Below, piece by piece: positions 62,744 through 64,000 of a stretch of 64,000 nt of DNA. This DNA comes from a virus (lineage: Duplodnaviria; Caudoviricetes). The stretch spans positions 96,001-160,000 of the IMG/VR virus record IMGVR_UViG_3300047160_036266; one strand, given 5' to 3'. Position 1 is the first letter of the stretch. Each line of letters starts with the position of its first letter. The position numbers and the translations under genes are program-made. Under the pieces are notes generated by a model that worked only from the letters and a program-made list of their open reading frames with translations, was not told the origin of the DNA and made no database searches.

Positions 62744-62997
62744 TGGCCAAAACACCCACAAATACGTTCTATGTCAGGGTCAGCAGCGTAGTCGCCTCAA
62801 GCGGCTACCTCATTGTTACCGGCGACAAGCCGTGGGTCAGCCACCAGGGCAACCTGTCCTTTGGCAACGACCCCACGCCGGTAGTCATTCCGGCCCATTA
62901 TTGGCAGGTGGTCTACGCCGTGGACCCAGCGACCAAGATGCCGATTAACGTCACCGTGCCCAGGGAGAAAGACCTGCCTGAGTGGTGCCGGCATTGA
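62744..62997 (+). CDS. Hypothetical protein
   Basis: MAKTPTN..., GGAGG RBS. Confidence 0.5.
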
Positions 62998-63720
62998 TTA
63001 TTCCTGCTGAAGTGCCTTGAAAGTCGCTATCAAGCGGTCGATACGCGCACCGACCTGGCCTAATATTCTGCGCAATTCCAGGGCCTCTTTCTCCAGCTTA
63101 CCTTTCGTGGTCACATATTTCAGGCCGGCGAGCTTCAGGTAGTTTGTAATTTCCAAATCCAACTGGTTGATCCGACCCTCGACCATCGCCTGGAGGGGCA
63201 AGGGCATTCCAGAGTCTTTCAACTGCTGCGGCACGAGTCCGGCCCGCCGCTTCCACTCCTCGCGTATGTTGGAAGTCACCCGCTTCCACCAGTCGTACTC
63301 AGGATGGCTGGGGAAGGGGCTGGGGAAGGGGTTGTCAATGATATATTCGTTGCTGGCGCAGTCCAAGAACGGCACCGGAGCGGTGGCCTTCTGCCGATCC
63401 TGCCACTCCCATTGCTCGTGTTTCTTCTTGTATGCCTCTCCAGCCGCCTTTTGCTGCTCAATGAAAGCTTCGTCTTTCTTCTCCTGCTGCCTGATCTTGG
63501 CGATCTCGGCCTGGAGGTTGGGATTGTTTTTCAGATCGAAGGTTTCGTTTTGGGCGATCAGCCGAATGTCAATCATGTCGGCGTCGGGCGTCTGGTTCAG
63601 CCACATTTTTTCAAAATTGCCGTCTGGGTATTCGAGATGATATTTCAACCCGGTGGCGTCCTCCCGGCCCAGAAAACTGTGGGCGTAAGCGGGATGTGCG
63701 GTCCTGTTCGACTCATCCAT
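62998..63720 (-). CDS. Hypothetical coiled-coil-rich protein
   Basis: 240-aa ORF, GGAG RBS. Confidence 0.55.
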   Translation of the reverse strand: MDESNRTAHPAYAHSFLGREDATGLKYHLEYPDGNFEKMWLNQTPDADMIDIRLIAQNETFDLKNNPNLQAEIAKIRQQEKKDEAFIEQQKAAGEAYKKKHEQWEWQDRQKATAPVPFLDCASNEYIIDNPFPSPFPSHPEYDWWKRVTSNIREEWKRRAGLVPQQLKDSGMPLPLQAMVEGRINQLDLEITNYLKLAGLKYVTTKGKLEKEALELRRILGQVGARIDRLIATFKALQQE

Positions 63721-63865
63721 TTATATGCTCCTTTTCTCATTATAAAGTAGTACCTTTCACCCGTAAGCAGTCGGGTACTTTATCTAGGCAGGAGCGTTAT
63801 TAAAAACAAACCCCCGGCGAGGATTTGCCTCGTCGGGGGTCAACCACTACTACCTTCTGTAGTGA

Positions 63866-64000
63866 TTAGAACTTGTGGCCGCACTTGCCGCAGAAGTGGT
63901 CGGCCTTGCGAGCCTTCCGCTGGCCGCAGTTGGTGCAGTAAGCCTCTTCCTTGGGCTTGATGCTGGTGACACCCAGCTTGTCGCTGGCTTCCGGCTTGAA
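63866..64000 (-). CDS. C-terminal fragment of a double-Zn-ribbon protein (runs off window)
   Basis: YCTNCGQ...HFCGKCGHKF*. Confidence 0.55.
   Translation of the reverse strand, partial: FKPEASDKLGVTSIKPKEEAYCTNCGQRKARKADHFCGKCGHKF

Noticed and set aside
1-64000. Stop-codon reassignment or alternative genetic code
   Set aside because: Conserved genes (pyrG, nrdJ, gp46/47, map) are uninterrupted under code 11, and no CTA/TTA/TCA suppressor anticodon was found.
1-64000. rRNA genes, IS elements, integrase, introns or inteins in nrdJ
   Set aside because: None was recognisable; the HNH genes are free-standing and NrdJ shows no intein motifs.

Overview
A 64-kb, about 58% GC segment of what appears to be a large T4-like (jumbo) tailed-phage genome. 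Phage markers include a UvsW-like helicase, gp32-like SSB, Dda/RecD-like helicase, gp46/gp47 (SbcCD-like), class II ribonucleotide reductase, CTP synthase, an Hjc-type resolvase, a MoxR/VWA pair and HNH proteins. No rRNA or ribosomal operon is present. The host is probably a planctomycete, because one secreted protein carries the RxxLExLEDR leader and others have APAP-type or HEAT-type secreted architectures. The striking content is a translation/RNA module. It contains miniature editing-less LeuRS and ValRS, a catalytic-core-only GlyRS-like protein and a free IleRS C-terminal domain. It also has complete class II tRNA-Leu (5) and tRNA-Ser (4) sets and a minimal RNase P RNA with an almost absent specificity domain. 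KptA/Tpt1, three Y-RNA-like elements, a CsrA-STAS fusion and an L7/L12-repeat protein are also present. Most unusual is a second, parallel set of non-canonical tRNA-like genes: five Leu anticodons and two Phe GAA, all lacking the D-loop GG and the T-loop TTC. This suggests a dedicated, possibly non-ribosomal, tRNA circuit. All assignments come from manual motif reading and folding; no database searches were run.
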